64,000 bases of DNA, taken from Blasia pusilla. Its lineage: Eukaryota. The position numbers were made by a program, and so were the translations under genes. Below the pieces are notes generated by a model, which was not told where the DNA came from, did not search any database, and saw nothing but the letters and a program-made list of their open reading frames with translations. Location of the stretch: assembly GCA_050084515.1 (NCBI GenBank), contig CM114271.1, forward strand, positions 31,000,001 to 31,064,000, read 5' to 3'. This document shows positions 13,360-26,179 of the stretch, piece by piece; within the stretch, counting starts at the first letter, position 1, and each line of letters starts with the position of its first letter.

Positions 13360-14310
13360 TATCCATGTGAGAGAGTTGAGGTCCATCGCCTGCCCCAACA
13401 TCTATCTCCGGGATGCCTCACTCATCCCTGGCACCGCCGTAGTACCGGTAGTAAACCCCACGGCGCGCTCGCGCTCATCTGCTATACGCTCCTCCAATGC
13501 TCCAGTCACCTCATCCCAAATCATGCCTGGCCCTCCCTGACAAAAGGCATGGGATGCTGGGAAGCTCACCAACGTAGGTAAGGCTGCCCTCAACTCCCCC
13601 ACCCTATTGGCCGTGGCCAACGGTGGTCTATCATCCCGTGTCACCACCTGAGATCGATGCCCTGAGCCCAAAATAGCATCCACTGTGAGATGTGGTGCTC
13701 TCTGGACTCCACTGTATGCTCGACTCAGTACCTCTCATGGTATCAGGTTCGTCCACCACAGTCGTGGACGATGGGCACGTGAACCAACTCTCGCTGCATC
13801 TAACAACATAGAAGGTCCCAAGCAAGACCTCACCTGATGTACACTCGTCATCACACGTGCATGAGTGTCTCCCAACAATGGCACGTTCTCCAAAATGTAC
13901 GCTGGAGAACATATCTTACTCTTCTGCAAGTGTCGTAATACTTGCAGCATCTCCCAAAACATCCCTGACCTCGGAAGCTGCAATCCAAATCCTCGCCCTG
14001 CTGATGAATGACCTTGACATGGCCATCCAGCAATCACCAAATGAATGGTGCCAACTCTATCCAGATCCTGCGCCCCCACCAAAGAGATGTCGGTGGGTAG
14101 CGTATGCTGATATCCACGTACTGCAGATACCGGCAACAACTCAGGATACCTTTGGACCAATCTCGCCACGTGACATAATGATACTTGCCGCACGGTCTCA
14201 TCTCTCTCCACATAAAGGTATTGATGCATTCGTATGCCCGCCTGCAATAGTGCAGCCAATCTGGTGCTTATCCCTCCGAAGAGATCTAACACCCAAACAC
14301 CCTCCTCTAG
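13360..14310 (-). pseudogene. DNMT3/DRM-like C5-cytosine DNA methyltransferase domain embedded in the Gypsy pol
   Basis: Motif I VLDLFGGIS, II YLYVE, IV IAGWPCQGHS (catalytic PC), VI YILENV, VIII RAHRPRLWWTNL, IX ERERAVGF, X MLGQAMD. Split by a frameshift and stops. Confidence 0.9.
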
Positions 14311-14445
14311 GCACTCCCATACAACAGGTGTGGTATCTAGTGGGGTCAACGTCTCCACTCCAAGAGCCCGATCGCCACGTGACTCTCGCTGCTCTGGAAT
14401 AAAAACATGACTCCACGCCTGCCTCACGAGGTCCTCGGCACTCCT

Positions 14446-15156
14446 CTATAGCTCTCGAGTCGTACCCCACAATGGTGAAGAGGCCTCGCCAACATGGGAA
14501 GAGACACCCGCCATGGCCTGTCTCTCCATGGGACTATCCGCTACTGGGACATTCTCTGCATGTGCGTTCCCCTCCAACAACTCTCCTAGCCAGCTAATAC
14601 TACCTGTGAAAGCTGCCAACGTAGTCATAGACTCGCCTCGTGATCGACCACCTCGTCCCGCAAACTGCACAGGTAACTGACTCATCCGGCCGTCACCTGA
14701 TCGACATCTTGGCCAATAAGCAACGGTCTCCTCCTCGAAGTCAAGGATGAATCCTAGGGGATATAACACTGTACTCCCCACCAACACATCATACGACTCA
14801 TCTGATATCGTAATCGCACGTGTGCGCACCATAGCACTATCCGTCGCATGCTCTGGCTGGACTCTAACAACAATCTCCTGTCGAGTCATATATTGAGTGG
14901 ATGATACGCCCCCAATCGAGGTCTGTATCTGGAAGGGACAAGGCTTAATGTCGGCCTTCCGTAACCCCAACGCTAAACACGCCGCCTTCCCTAACATCAA
15001 GGGTTGTGCTCCCGAATCAAGTAGGATGCGCTGCGGATGGTATACTGTCCCCGTCGGACTAACCAAGCAAAATACTCCAGCTCGATTATCCAGTAACACT
15101 ACTCCAGGTGTCACCACTGCTCGCTCTATGGCCGGTCGAGCTAGCATATCTACCAA
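14446..15156 (-). pseudogene. Retroviral-type aspartic protease plus linker
   Basis: ILLDSGAQPLML catalytic DSG motif and downstream YDVLVG motif. Confidence 0.85.
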
Positions 15157-15180
15157 CTTCGCCGCCGCCGCATGCCATGA

Positions 15181-17005
15181 CTATGGGGAACGCCCCAAGA
15201 CACGGCTCGAGGGCAAGTCCGCCACCTCCTCAACTACCTTTGAACAAGAAGCAGTCATCTCTCCATGCTCACACAACATGGCGGCCAACCGGAACACCTC
15301 AGCTGGTCCAACTCCCAACGTCGCCAACTCTATGGCGGAAAATAGTGGAGTCTGACTCACTCTGGTGGCCACCTCCAACACTATGGTCGACACTGACTCC
15401 ACTAGAGCCACCATAGGAGTTTTCACTCCAACTCCTCGTGACCTCGGCGTGAGGTGCCTCGAGGCGAGGCACCGTTGGTCGTCGAGGCACCATCGATGGT
15501 GTGTGTAGTGCCTCTGACAATGTGAACGACTGTGGAACCCTGGCCTGCTGCCCATCGGTCCCCTCTGGTGGGTCAATCTCAACTCCACCTCTTGATGGCT
15601 CGGTGCCTCTCGCGACTCGAGTCACCACCGCACCGCTCCAGCCTGGCTGCACTACACATAAATCCCATACTGGCGAGATCCTCACCCGGGTCAGGGTAAG
15701 AGGTAGAAGCTGGAGTCACACTAGCTGCTCGCAGATCCATGCCTTCCCTAAGCTGCATCATCGTCATGGCAGCAATCCTCTGCTCCAACTGATCGATGCG
15801 TAAGAGAAGTGCCGGCTCTGGTGCTCCTGCTCCATCTCCTCTGGCTGGTGGTGGTCCTCTACCACCACGTCTAGGAAAAACTCCCCAACCTCCTCCAGGA
15901 CGATCGCCCCCAGGCCCTCAACCTACCTCTGGACGTGCCCCTCGGCGAAGGTCAAAACATCTATCCCTAGTGTGACCATATCTGTAGCAATTGTCACATT
16001 GGTGCTGTGGTGGGGGCATCCTCTGTGGCTCTTGAGAAATTGGAGGCGCTGGTGGTCCTCTCCCATGATGTGGGCAGTCTCTCTGCCTATGGGCCCCTCC
16101 ACACATCCAACAAGACCACATCGGTCCCTGCTGGGCAACATATGTAGGTACGGGTTGTTGCCTCATAGGCTCACGGTACCCGCCCTGCTCTCTAGGCACG
16201 CTGGCCCACTCCCGTGGTACTGGTGCTCGCTGTGGAACCTGTGGGGTCACCGTCGCTCGTGGACCCGTCGACTCTCGAGAAAATCCAGCGGTCACTACCT
16301 ACTCCTCACTCATGTTGAGCTCAATACGCTCAGACAACTCAAAGACCACCTTCAATGTGGGCTTTGTTGTGTGAATCAGCACCGCATCTCGGACTCTTCT
16401 CGGTCCAGAACCCCGTACCAATATTGGACTGACTGCGCCCTAGTCACTCCAAAAAAAGCAGTGATCAGCCTCCTCATGCGTGTGAATGCCTCTCTCAGAG
16501 TCTCACCCGATCGTCGCTGAAAATTCTTTAGACTCTTCAGCTTGTCGGTGCGTACGCCCTAGTAGCTCTTCCCCAACTGTCGGAAGAACTCCACTGTGGG
16601 GTTGAAGCTGGGTGGCCCTCTACCACTAGAGGTCTGTGCCACATCGCCTCTCTTACTACCCTCCTCTCCATCTAGTCTCCGGGCAGATGGTGTGGGTCTC
16701 TCTCCCCTCACAATCCCATCATATGCCTCGCGACTACTAGTCGACACATACCCTAGAGCCCAATACATCCTCCAGGCATCGATCTCTACTGAATATAGTG
16801 ATTGAAACTCCATGTAGTCATCCATCGGAGGACCCTCCAAGTGCTGGAACAACCCCTTCCATGCCATGAAAGGGTTGAACCATGTCGGGGTCCGTATCTC
16901 TTGGAAGTCGCACCATGTGTCAAACTCCTTGATAAAATCATCTAAGTCGATGGTGTCCACTACACCCGAGAAACGACGCATGCCCCGATGGCCCATGTCG
17001 TCCAT
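15181..17005 (-). pseudogene. Gag of the Gypsy element (frameshifted), with two zinc knuckles
   Basis: RFSGVVDTIDLDDFIKEFDTWC capsid-like start; CWMCGGAHRQRDC and CDNCYRYGHTRDRC knuckles in ORF 15918..16295. Confidence 0.75.
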
Positions 17006-19799
17006 CTCCTACCAAGTACTACTGTCTCTGTCTGTGATCTCGTCGCCAGACCCAATGTCGAGTGATGACGATCCAGCCACGAATGGATGTCGAGGTAGCT
17101 CCTCACTGGTAACCCCTCAGTATCTCACTCCGCTCCGTGTCACACCACTACTACTGCTCGCACTACCCCGTTCTTCCGAACCCTAGAAGAACGCCGTGAT
17201 GACAAACCCTGTCTCACCCGCTCAAGCACTCAGACTCACCGAGAGTCTCCCACATGCCTCACTAGCTCACCTATGCTAACATCAATCCCGTGATGACATA
17301 CCCGGCCTCACGCACGCTCAACACTCGGGCTCACCATGAGCCTCCCAATTGACTCACCTAACCTAGCGACACTCTCTCGGGTCATACACGTGACCCCTAC
17401 TCGGCAACCACCGTATATCCACCAACATGCTACACATGAAAAGAATCTACACTTGTCACCATCACTGCAGCCACCTAGCACCAGCTACTATCCGATACCC
17501 AACACTCTCAATCACACACGACAAGTGCGGGAAAAGCGACTCGAATGGGTAACCTGATCAGGCCCTCCAACCTGCTGCACTGTCAACATGCACTCCTCCA
17601 CATGATATGACAATCTCCACAACACAACACTCTCCTCGACCAACACGTGGATCCTCCGTCAACAGATGCGGACAACATGTCGGCATCATGCGCACTGCCC
17701 CTCCATCGTCAACTCTCGCAACGCCCTGTCGCGCCCCAAAACATCATGTCACGCCCGCTGTCCAACTATGTCGGTCACTCACCACGTCGACATCCTCCCT
17801 GCCATCACGTTGCCCATGCGCAACCGTGTTTGCCGGACCGACCTCGTCCGTCCTACCACGTTCGCCGCTACAACTGCACCACATCCACTCCTACCACGTT
17901 GGAGGGGGGGTGGGAACTTGGCCCGCGGCCCTATGCAAGCCCCTTGGGCCCTAAATGCGGGGGGGCCTGGCCCGCACCCCTATGGGCCTCCCCAACTTTT
18001 GGGAAGGGAGCAATAAATGGGGGAGGGGGGGGCACGCGCTCTTATGCGCGCCTCCCACCTCGGGGGGGGGGGGGGGGCGTGCCATCCGCCGTCCGCCACC
18101 GTCTGTCGGCGCCCGCCGACCAAAACGCCTGTCAGCGCCCCCGGCGGCTACAAGCCCTAACCCTCTTTTCTTCTCGCTCTCGACACCCTCACTCGCGTGC
18201 ATCCGACGCTCCACCGCACACTACATTCGGCTGCTATCCCGCGTCAATCCGTACCAGCAAAATCTGAAAAAAATGGACAGGGCTTCCGCCCACGGCCTTC
18301 CAAACAGAAAATGACAAACACCCGCAACACACACATCTCCAGGGGCTCCCGACCAAGGCAACTCGCTTGCCTACCTGCAAACAACGAATTCCCACCAGCC
18401 CACTGACATCTTTCTCATGTAAAAATAAAGAGTAGTAAAAACGGCACACTCGGCCTAAAACTCCACTCGGCCTAAATCTACATCGGCATATCGAGCCTCG
18501 TCCACCCTGTGCTATCAAGGAATCCGGACGCTAGCACCCTAGTCCTATCTCACACACATACAAGGGAGGTGCTCCAACAGCCCAACATGAGAAAGATGGC
18601 TTAGGAAAGCCATCTTCCTCTCTTATATAGGGTTGGGAAGAGCCAAAAGGCTCATCCCCTAAAAATAGCCCTCCCCTTGGTAACCTGCGAGCACAGGTTA
18701 CCAGGGGCGGGTGACCTGGTCAATAAGTCACCAGGCTGTAAAAGACCTCAACATGAAAGTTTTCAGAAACGACGTTCCTGACACAATGGACCTATCCTCA
18801 ACCTCATCCATCACCGTGGGACAAAGTTACACTCAAGATAGTCCGCTGGCTCCTACGCCCTATCCACGATAGATCTTGGCCTATCGGCTACTCAGATGTG
18901 ACAAGTCGCACTTGGAAAATGGTTGTTTGGAATCATAACCTTGTGTTAAGTCATGTAATGGAGTCATACAAATTCGAATAAGAAATTGAAAGTGGTAACG
19001 GAGTAGCCAAATAGTTGCTCTTGGAAAAAATGAAATTGCAATATTGGAGCTACATTGCTACGTTTACCCATATTAGTGGCAAATGGTTGAGATAGCAATT
19101 ACAAGAAGAGGAATGAGCAAGAAGACATTACTTCAATGGTGAGCTTTATTTATGGAAGGGAAATTACAATCCAAAATTTTCCCTCCAATCCATCTTCTAA
19201 CATTAAGGTTAGGGTTTGGATTATTGATCTTTTAGGGATTTTGGGTTGCTTGCGTGTGTCTTGCGAGTCAAATTGTCACTTGTAGCTGCAAGAAAGTCAC
19301 CCATCTGAGTGACGTGATGGTCTTGTGGCTCTCGCTATTCGAATAAACTATGGCAATGTTACTCGCAACACTGCAAAAAAAACCACAAAAAAACTCAGTT
19401 GCGAGAAAGTCGCAAAACAAATTGGCAGACCTACCCTCTATGGATCCCTTGTGCACCTTCATTTTCCTCATTTCACAGTTGCTTGCATGCGTGAGGGAGA
19501 GCCCTCTAGGAGTGGTTTCAGAAACCCACTGGAGCGGGATACATTTTCCGGGGCCATTGATGAGACGGTTAACATTCTTAGAATGTATGAGTCAATGAAA
19601 TTTTAGAATGTTTAACTAACTATGTGGGCGTATCATATAGTTCATTAAGTATGGCAAGTACCCCACTCCCAAGCAAGGTTGCACGAAAACGTAAAAGTCC
19701 ATCCATGGGACAGACATATCTGAACATGACCACGGACATGGAACACCGGGCGCGAGCACGAGTATTTTTGGCGCCCAGATTAACCGCGTGGGCTCCACT

Positions 19800-20650
19800 T
19801 GCGGGCCACCGATGCGGGCTCTGATGAAGGGTGCAGGCTTCAATCATGACGCGGGCTGCTTGCAGACTTAGGAGCCCGCATTCGGGCTAGGGTGCGGCCC
19901 TAAAGCTTGCATCCGGACTACTTGCGGGCCGCCAAGCCCGTGTGCGGGCTACTTGCAAGCCTTGCAGCCTGCGCGTGGCCTCGTTGCGGGCCCTAGAGAC
20001 CGCGTGCGGGCTGCTTGCGGACCTAGGAGCCACTATGCAAGCTAGGTTGCGGGCCCTAAAGCCCAAATCTAGGCTGATTGCGGGCCTTGGAGACTTCTTG
20101 CGGGCTATGTCACAGGCCGCCAAGCCTGTGCGCTCGCTTGTTGTGGGTCCTAGAGCCTGCGTGCGGGCTTAGGTGCGAGCTTGATGCGAGCAGTGAAGTC
20201 CGAGCTGCTTACGGGCTATGAAGCCCGGGCTGCTTGCAAGCTTGGGAGCCCACATGCGGACTACAATGCGGGCTTGCATGCAGGCCTCCGAGCCCGCGCG
20301 GAGGCTAGTTGCGGGCCCTAGAGCCCGCGCGCAAGCTCCTTGCGAGCTTTGGAGCCCACCTGCGCGCTATGTTGCGGAATCGTTGCGGGCTCATTGCGGG
20401 CTCCTGCGCAAGCTACTTGCGGGCTTACCAGCCTACAAGGGTGCGGGTTGCTTGCGGGCCTAAGAGCCCGCGCGCAGGCTTGGCGGCCCGCATCCATGAG
20501 CTAGTTGCGGGCCCTGGAGCCCACATGCTCTCGCCTAAACCCCACATATGGCCCGCATCGGGGGCTCGCCCTAAGGCTCGCATGCAAGCTGTGAGCCCGC
20601 GCACGGGCTTCTTGCGGGCCGTGCAAGTGAGTGGTTGTGGGCGGGCCCTA
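19800..20650. repeat. GC-rich subterminal repeats (GCGGGC/GCCCGC) at the left end of the hAT
   Basis: Dozens of TGCGGGC/GAGCCCGC motifs in both orientations; similar motifs at 30850-31200. Confidence 0.8.
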
Positions 20651-21053
20651 TGATTTTTGTGGGATATTAAATAAATTCTGTCACTATTATGGTTTGGGTG
20701 ATTGACGGTTTGAGACGTTGGAATAGGGTTGTTGTAGGAGGAGTAATTGAAGAATTTATGATTCTAGTAGTGGAAAAAGGAATGACAATATTAAAATAGA
20801 TTTGGATGGTTGTATTGCAAAATAGGTCTGTGTAAATTTAGACTAGGTCAAGAAGTTAGGATAGGTCAAGAAGGAATCTAATAGGAGAATAAAAGTAGGT
20901 TTATTTAATGAAAAATAATAGAGATGGTTTAATAATCAATTGTAAGTGGGAGTAGATGATTTGGGGAATTAGAAGGGTTTATTCTCATCCTTCCATCCTC
21001 CCCTATATAAACTTGCTCATTTTTTGTATACCCTCACAATCTCATTCCTCCCT

Positions 21054-21056
<3 letters not shown>

Positions 21057-21116
<60 letters not shown>
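21057..21116. repeat. (CT)n microsatellite
   Basis: About 30 CT units just downstream of a CTATATAAA box (21003) and upstream of the transposase. Confidence 0.95.
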
Positions 21117-21119
<3 letters not shown>

Positions 21120-21370
21120 CCTGGAAGTTTTTTTTTCTCCGTAGATAGCTAAACTTGATAAGTGAGAATGTTTTGCCACGGATTAACCTTGATAATTAAG
21201 TTTAGGTATCTCGGTTATCTAGGTTAGCATATTAATCTTTCTTGTTTATAATGAGTGTTCCAACTTTTGTTTTTGGAGCATTCACGGAATATATTTGGTA
21301 TAATTTGCATACATTTTACTGATCGATATATACTAAAAATTTTTGGTGGGGTTAGTGAGTGCATATAGTC

Positions 21371-23707
21371 ATGACCAAATCTAGAGAACTCCAACAGATC
21401 GTGAAGGAACATTGGGAAGAAGTACAGATGGAAGGTAGAACATCAAGCAGATGGCAGTGCAAGTATTGTTCCTATTCTATGAAAACATATGATAGCACGC
21501 GGATGGTAGAGCATTTTACACGAGAGAGACGAAAGACAAAGGATGAGAATCAGGATACCTTTCATGCCAAATTATGTGTGAAGGTCCCTCCCAACATGCA
21601 ATGGGATCCGAAACAAGGTACTAGTGGGAAATGGACAAAGAAGGCAAGCGAGACCTTTGAGTAAAGTGGAAGAGAAGACTCCATTACAAATAGTTTTGAA
21701 ATAAACAAGAAATAGTGTTTATGTTGTACAAAATGTTGATAGGGTTGCGAACATGCCATCGAGTGATAATCTCGAGGAATGCAGAGGAGTTGTTGGGCTC
21801 ATTCGAGGGACTAGTAGTTCTGGGAAGAAGAAATTCGATCTGAGGGATTCTTTCAACATCCAAGGAATAAAAGTTGCGAATGACATGTGGGCAAATTGTC
21901 TCTACGAATGTGGAATACCATTCCACGTAGTACGACAATATACTTTCAAACAAGCAGTGTTGGCAATAGCAAAGGTGAAGGGTTACTCAAGTCCTAGTTA
22001 CAATTCGTTGCGCACCACCCTACTTGAGAAACATATGGGGAAGATGAAGGATAAGGTGAATGGCATATTGGAACATTTACGTTTGGGAGCCACGATCATA
22101 ACCAATTCTTGGACCAATGTGAGGAGCGAGTCTTTAGTGAAAAAGTTGGTCTCGTGTCCACAAGGTGAGATCGTGATTGAGTCGGTAGAGACCAAAGGGG
22201 AATCCCAAACAGCAGAATGGTTGGTAGGTCACATAGAGAGGACTATCATGTGGATTGGTCCATAGAATGTGTTGCAACTTGTGACAGAAAATGCTAGCAA
22301 TGAGCGAGTAGCAGGGAAACTTATTGAAGCAAATTTCCCTCAAATTCTTTGGGATAGATGCGTCTTACATTCTCTTGATCTAGTCTGCGAAGAGTGGGAT
22401 AAATGGCCTTGGGTGGATAGGATTTTTGCACAAGCTCGTGAGATGGTAGTATTTATGAAGACTAGAACTTGGGTGATGGCCAAATTCATGGAAACCAATC
22501 CAATTAAGAGACGATTGTTGCTTCGTGCAAATACACGCTTTGCCATAAATTTTATCATTTCGGGACGCATCTTAGAATTTAGGGAGGCGTTCCATGCCAT
22601 GGTTGCCACCAATGCTTTTAGGGAGTATTTCAATGGCAGGGATGGGAGGAAAAGGGAGAAGGCATGAGAGATTGAGATTATTGTGGCCAATCACGATTTT
22701 TGGATGGAGGGTAAGGAGTTGTTTGCTACGGCTCAACCAACTATTATTCTGTTGAGAGAGTGTGATAAAGCAATGACCAGGCATGTTTATCACCGTATTT
22801 TTGAGATAATGGAAGAGACTCATTCTTTTCCTATAACTTCATGGCCCGGTGTGGGTGGAAGGCATCGCGGTTATTTTGTCACAATGTCTAGAGCAACAGA
22901 GATGGTCAATGTTATTTCTAGGCGATGGGCACTTATCCACAACAAGTTACATGCAATAGGCTACATTCTCGCCCCTTACAATCTTCTTGATAGTGTTCAA
23001 GACGTCACTTCAAATGCTCAGTGCATGAGAGATTTCAAATAATATCTGAAACTTTATGCAATGGGGCTGCATGGGCTCAATGTCACCGAGGCTAATTCTT
23101 ATGTGGCTACTTGCTTGCGAGAGTTGGGCAACATTGTGAACCATCAGGAAATATTTGTGGATGAATTTGGTAGGGAAGCTTTTGATTCACTTGGCCCCTC
23201 TGATTGGTGGAGCATCCATGGTCAAGGTGCACCAACATTGCATTATGTGGCTAAGTCCATATTAGCACAAGTGGTTTCATCTTCTTCAGTGGAGAGAAAT
23301 CGGAGTAGTTATGGTTTCATCCACAACAAGCACAAGAATAAACCAACGAGCGTGCCAGAGATTTGGTTTTCATCTACACAAACTCAAGGTTTGGAAACAA
23401 GGGTGTTTCTCCGAAAGCAAGACAAGCGCTCTTGTACGAGCAATACTTTTCAGAAAGGGATGGACAAGAACAAGCTAGAAGGATACTAGAAGATGACAGT
23501 GAATCTAGCTTGCATGCAAGAAATCGTGATGGTATTCAAAAAGATAACCTTGACTTTCAAGATGAGGACCTAGAGGAGGTGGATGTGATATATGGAATTC
23601 ATGGCATCGAAGGGAGAGAGAATACTCATATTAGCAACACTGAAAATTTTGATTCCGAGGGGCTTGGAAGAGATGAAGATGAAGTTAAAATGGAACATTG
23701 GATTTGA
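21371..23707 (+). pseudogene. hAT transposase (BED finger, DUF659-like region, C-terminal dimerisation domain), disrupted
   Basis: WQCKYC...RMVEHF; CGIPFHVV; TIITNSWT; LQLVTENAS; WDRCVLHSLDL; NTRFA; LHAIGYILAP; PSDWWSIHG...LAQVVSSSSVERN. Multiple stops and frameshifts. Confidence 0.92.
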
Positions 23708-24259
23708 GAGCACGAGGAAGAGCAACAATGGTGGACTTCAAGCGAAGCCAATTTGCCCAACACTTCTCCTAACACGACCTAAGACCCTCTGATTGTTGCA
23801 CTGATAGGAGATCAGAATTATTCTACCGAGTCTATTGAACCTATGTGGGATACTCCTCCACAATCTTTGAGCGTTGAAATGGTGGACTGAGTTGATGAGC
23901 CTAATGATAACGATGTTCTCATACCTATGGTTCCAAACTCTCAACCCATCAATCATGGCATGGATAGTTCATACATCTCCTCCAATGATGAAACAACTGC
24001 AATGGGAACTCGTCACCGATCCATCCGACTTTGAACTATTGAGCCGCCAAATTACCGCTTACATCTTAATCCACCAGACCCAACCATAGACCTAGACTAC
24101 AAGATTAATTATTGAATTTCATGAGATAGATTAGTAGATAGTTGTACCAAACTTGTTTTGTGTTGACTTTTGTAAGAATGTCATTTTTATGACATTCCTT
24201 TTTATAACCTTCTTGCTAATAAAGTATTTATTTTTACATTGAAGGTAAAATTGGTAAGT

Positions 24260-25380
24260 GTGATTTTTGAGCTCATGGTCACAACTCCATTTTGCTCAAA
24301 ACCTTGCAAGAGTACTACATACGCAACTTGGGAAAGTTGGACATAATGAAAAATGAAAAAACCTTCTTTTCATTGAAGGTTTAGTGGTTCGGGGCCAAAA
24401 CCTACTTACATATTTTTGAGGTTTTTCTCACAACTCCATTTTGGTTGAAACTTGGCAAGAGTGCTAGATGCACCTTGGGGACCATGTTTGCCAAATTTCA
24501 ACTCAAGATGAGAAAGTTGGATAAGATGAAAAATGAAAAAACCTTATTTTGATAGAAGGTCTGAACTGATGGTTTGGGTTTAAAAAGAAGTTAGTAATTT
24601 TGTTTTTGCTCACGACTCTATTTTTTGAGAAACTTGGCAAGAGTGGAACATGCACCTTGGAAACCATTTGGGCCAAATTTCAGCTCAAGATGAGAAAGTT
24701 GGACAAGATAAAAATGAAAAAACCTTATTTTGATAGAAGGCTTCATGGTTCGGGTCCAAAAAGGACTTGCCAATTTTTGAGCTTGTGGTCCCAACTCCAT
24801 TTTACTTTGAAACTTTGCAAGACTACTAGATGCATCTTGGAGACTATGTTGGCCAAATTTCAGCTCAAGATGGGAAAGTTGGACAAGATGAAAATCTTAA
24901 GTTAAGACCTTCTTTTCATTCAAGGTTTAATGGTTCGCGTCCAAAACGGGGTTAGTAATTTTTGAGCTTTTGCTCACAACTCCATTTTGCATGAAACTTA
25001 GCAAGAGTGGAACATGAAGTTTGGGGACTATGTTAGCTAAATTTCAGCTCAAGATGAGAAATTTGGACAAGATGAAAAATGAAAAAACCTTATTTTGATA
25101 GAAGGTCTGATATATGGTTCGGGTCCAAAATGGATTTTCCACTTATTGAGCTTGTGGTCCCAACTCCATTTTGCTTCAAACTTTGCAAGACTGCTAGATG
25201 CACCTTGGAGACCACGTGGGCTAAATATCAGCTCAAGATGGAAACGTTGGACAAGATGAAAAATTAAAGCCTTTTTTTCCATCCAAGGTTATCGATATTT
25301 GCTTCTAAAAGGTCATTTTAAACTTAATTTGGGATGAGACTTTGTAAGAGTGATAGATGTAGCTTGGGGACCATGTGCAC
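24260..25380. repeat. Tandem repeat, ~180-185 bp unit, ~6 copies, inside the hAT
   Basis: AAATTTCAGCTCAAGATG...GGACAAGATGAAAAA recurs at ~24493, 24676, 24855, 25038 and 25223. Confidence 0.9.
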
Positions 25381-26179
25381 TTTTCTATAAAATTTTAGAA
25401 GAGTTATTATATTTCACTCTTGTAAATAATTACACTCGTGTAATGAAATGTAAATGATATCCTAGTCCCTAGAGTAAATTCATCCTTCCATAAAATTCAA
25501 ACCAAATCTATTCTTTCTCCATTAAAATTAAATTTCCCTTTCCATTACATATGAATCAATGCACCTCTGAATTTATTTATCTAAAATTTTCAAACGTATA
25601 AAAATTTAGTAATATTTATATTCACCTAATATAGTATTAAATAAAAAATGAATTAATAAGTAGATTTGGTTTTCAATTCCACCCCAGTCCCTTTCAAATT
25701 CTACCCCATGCAATATTGGTCACTAAACAAAATTCATACATTATTTTCCCTTAAAAATCAATTCAAATATATATTTTCCTTCAATAATTTTGGAAAAAAA
25801 TTTCACCCCTTTTTCTATCCCCATCTTTCAATAAATAAAAGAAAATCACTTAGTTTGATGAGTTAGTAAATTTTTAGGAGTTAGTAATAAAAAAATTAAA
25901 TTTATATCAAACAAATCATTCAATTATGGTACTTGCTATCTTATCCAAGGATTTATAATCCAAGAGAAAATTTTCATCCATTTCATGAACTCACTTCATG
26001 GATAACATTCGTGACTGGCTCACATTCACAAGTTTCCTTAGTTGAATTTTTTGAATTTTTTTGGAAATGTTTTATGACAAATGAGGAGTACCCCACGAAA
26101 TATCTGGATTGAGAGGAACCTAATACTTAAGTACATTATAAAGATAAAAATATCAACTTATTCTTTCTAATCTGATTCA

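Larger units (their letters stand above)
8764..18903 (-). mobile_element. Degenerate Ty3/Gypsy retrotransposon: gag-PR-DNMT-RT-RNaseH-IN-PHD
   Basis: Domain order PR-RT-RH-IN with YIDD-type RT, LHTDWS RNase H and TDQGTEF integrase. The termini are tentative (TGTCAC at 18903, CACGACA at 8764, flanks AGTT/AGTC). No LTR pair was recognised. Confidence 0.9.

Noticed and set aside
19887-20653. Ala/Arg-rich ORFs here and at 30782-31318
   Set aside because: They arise from the GC-rich hAT subterminal repeats.
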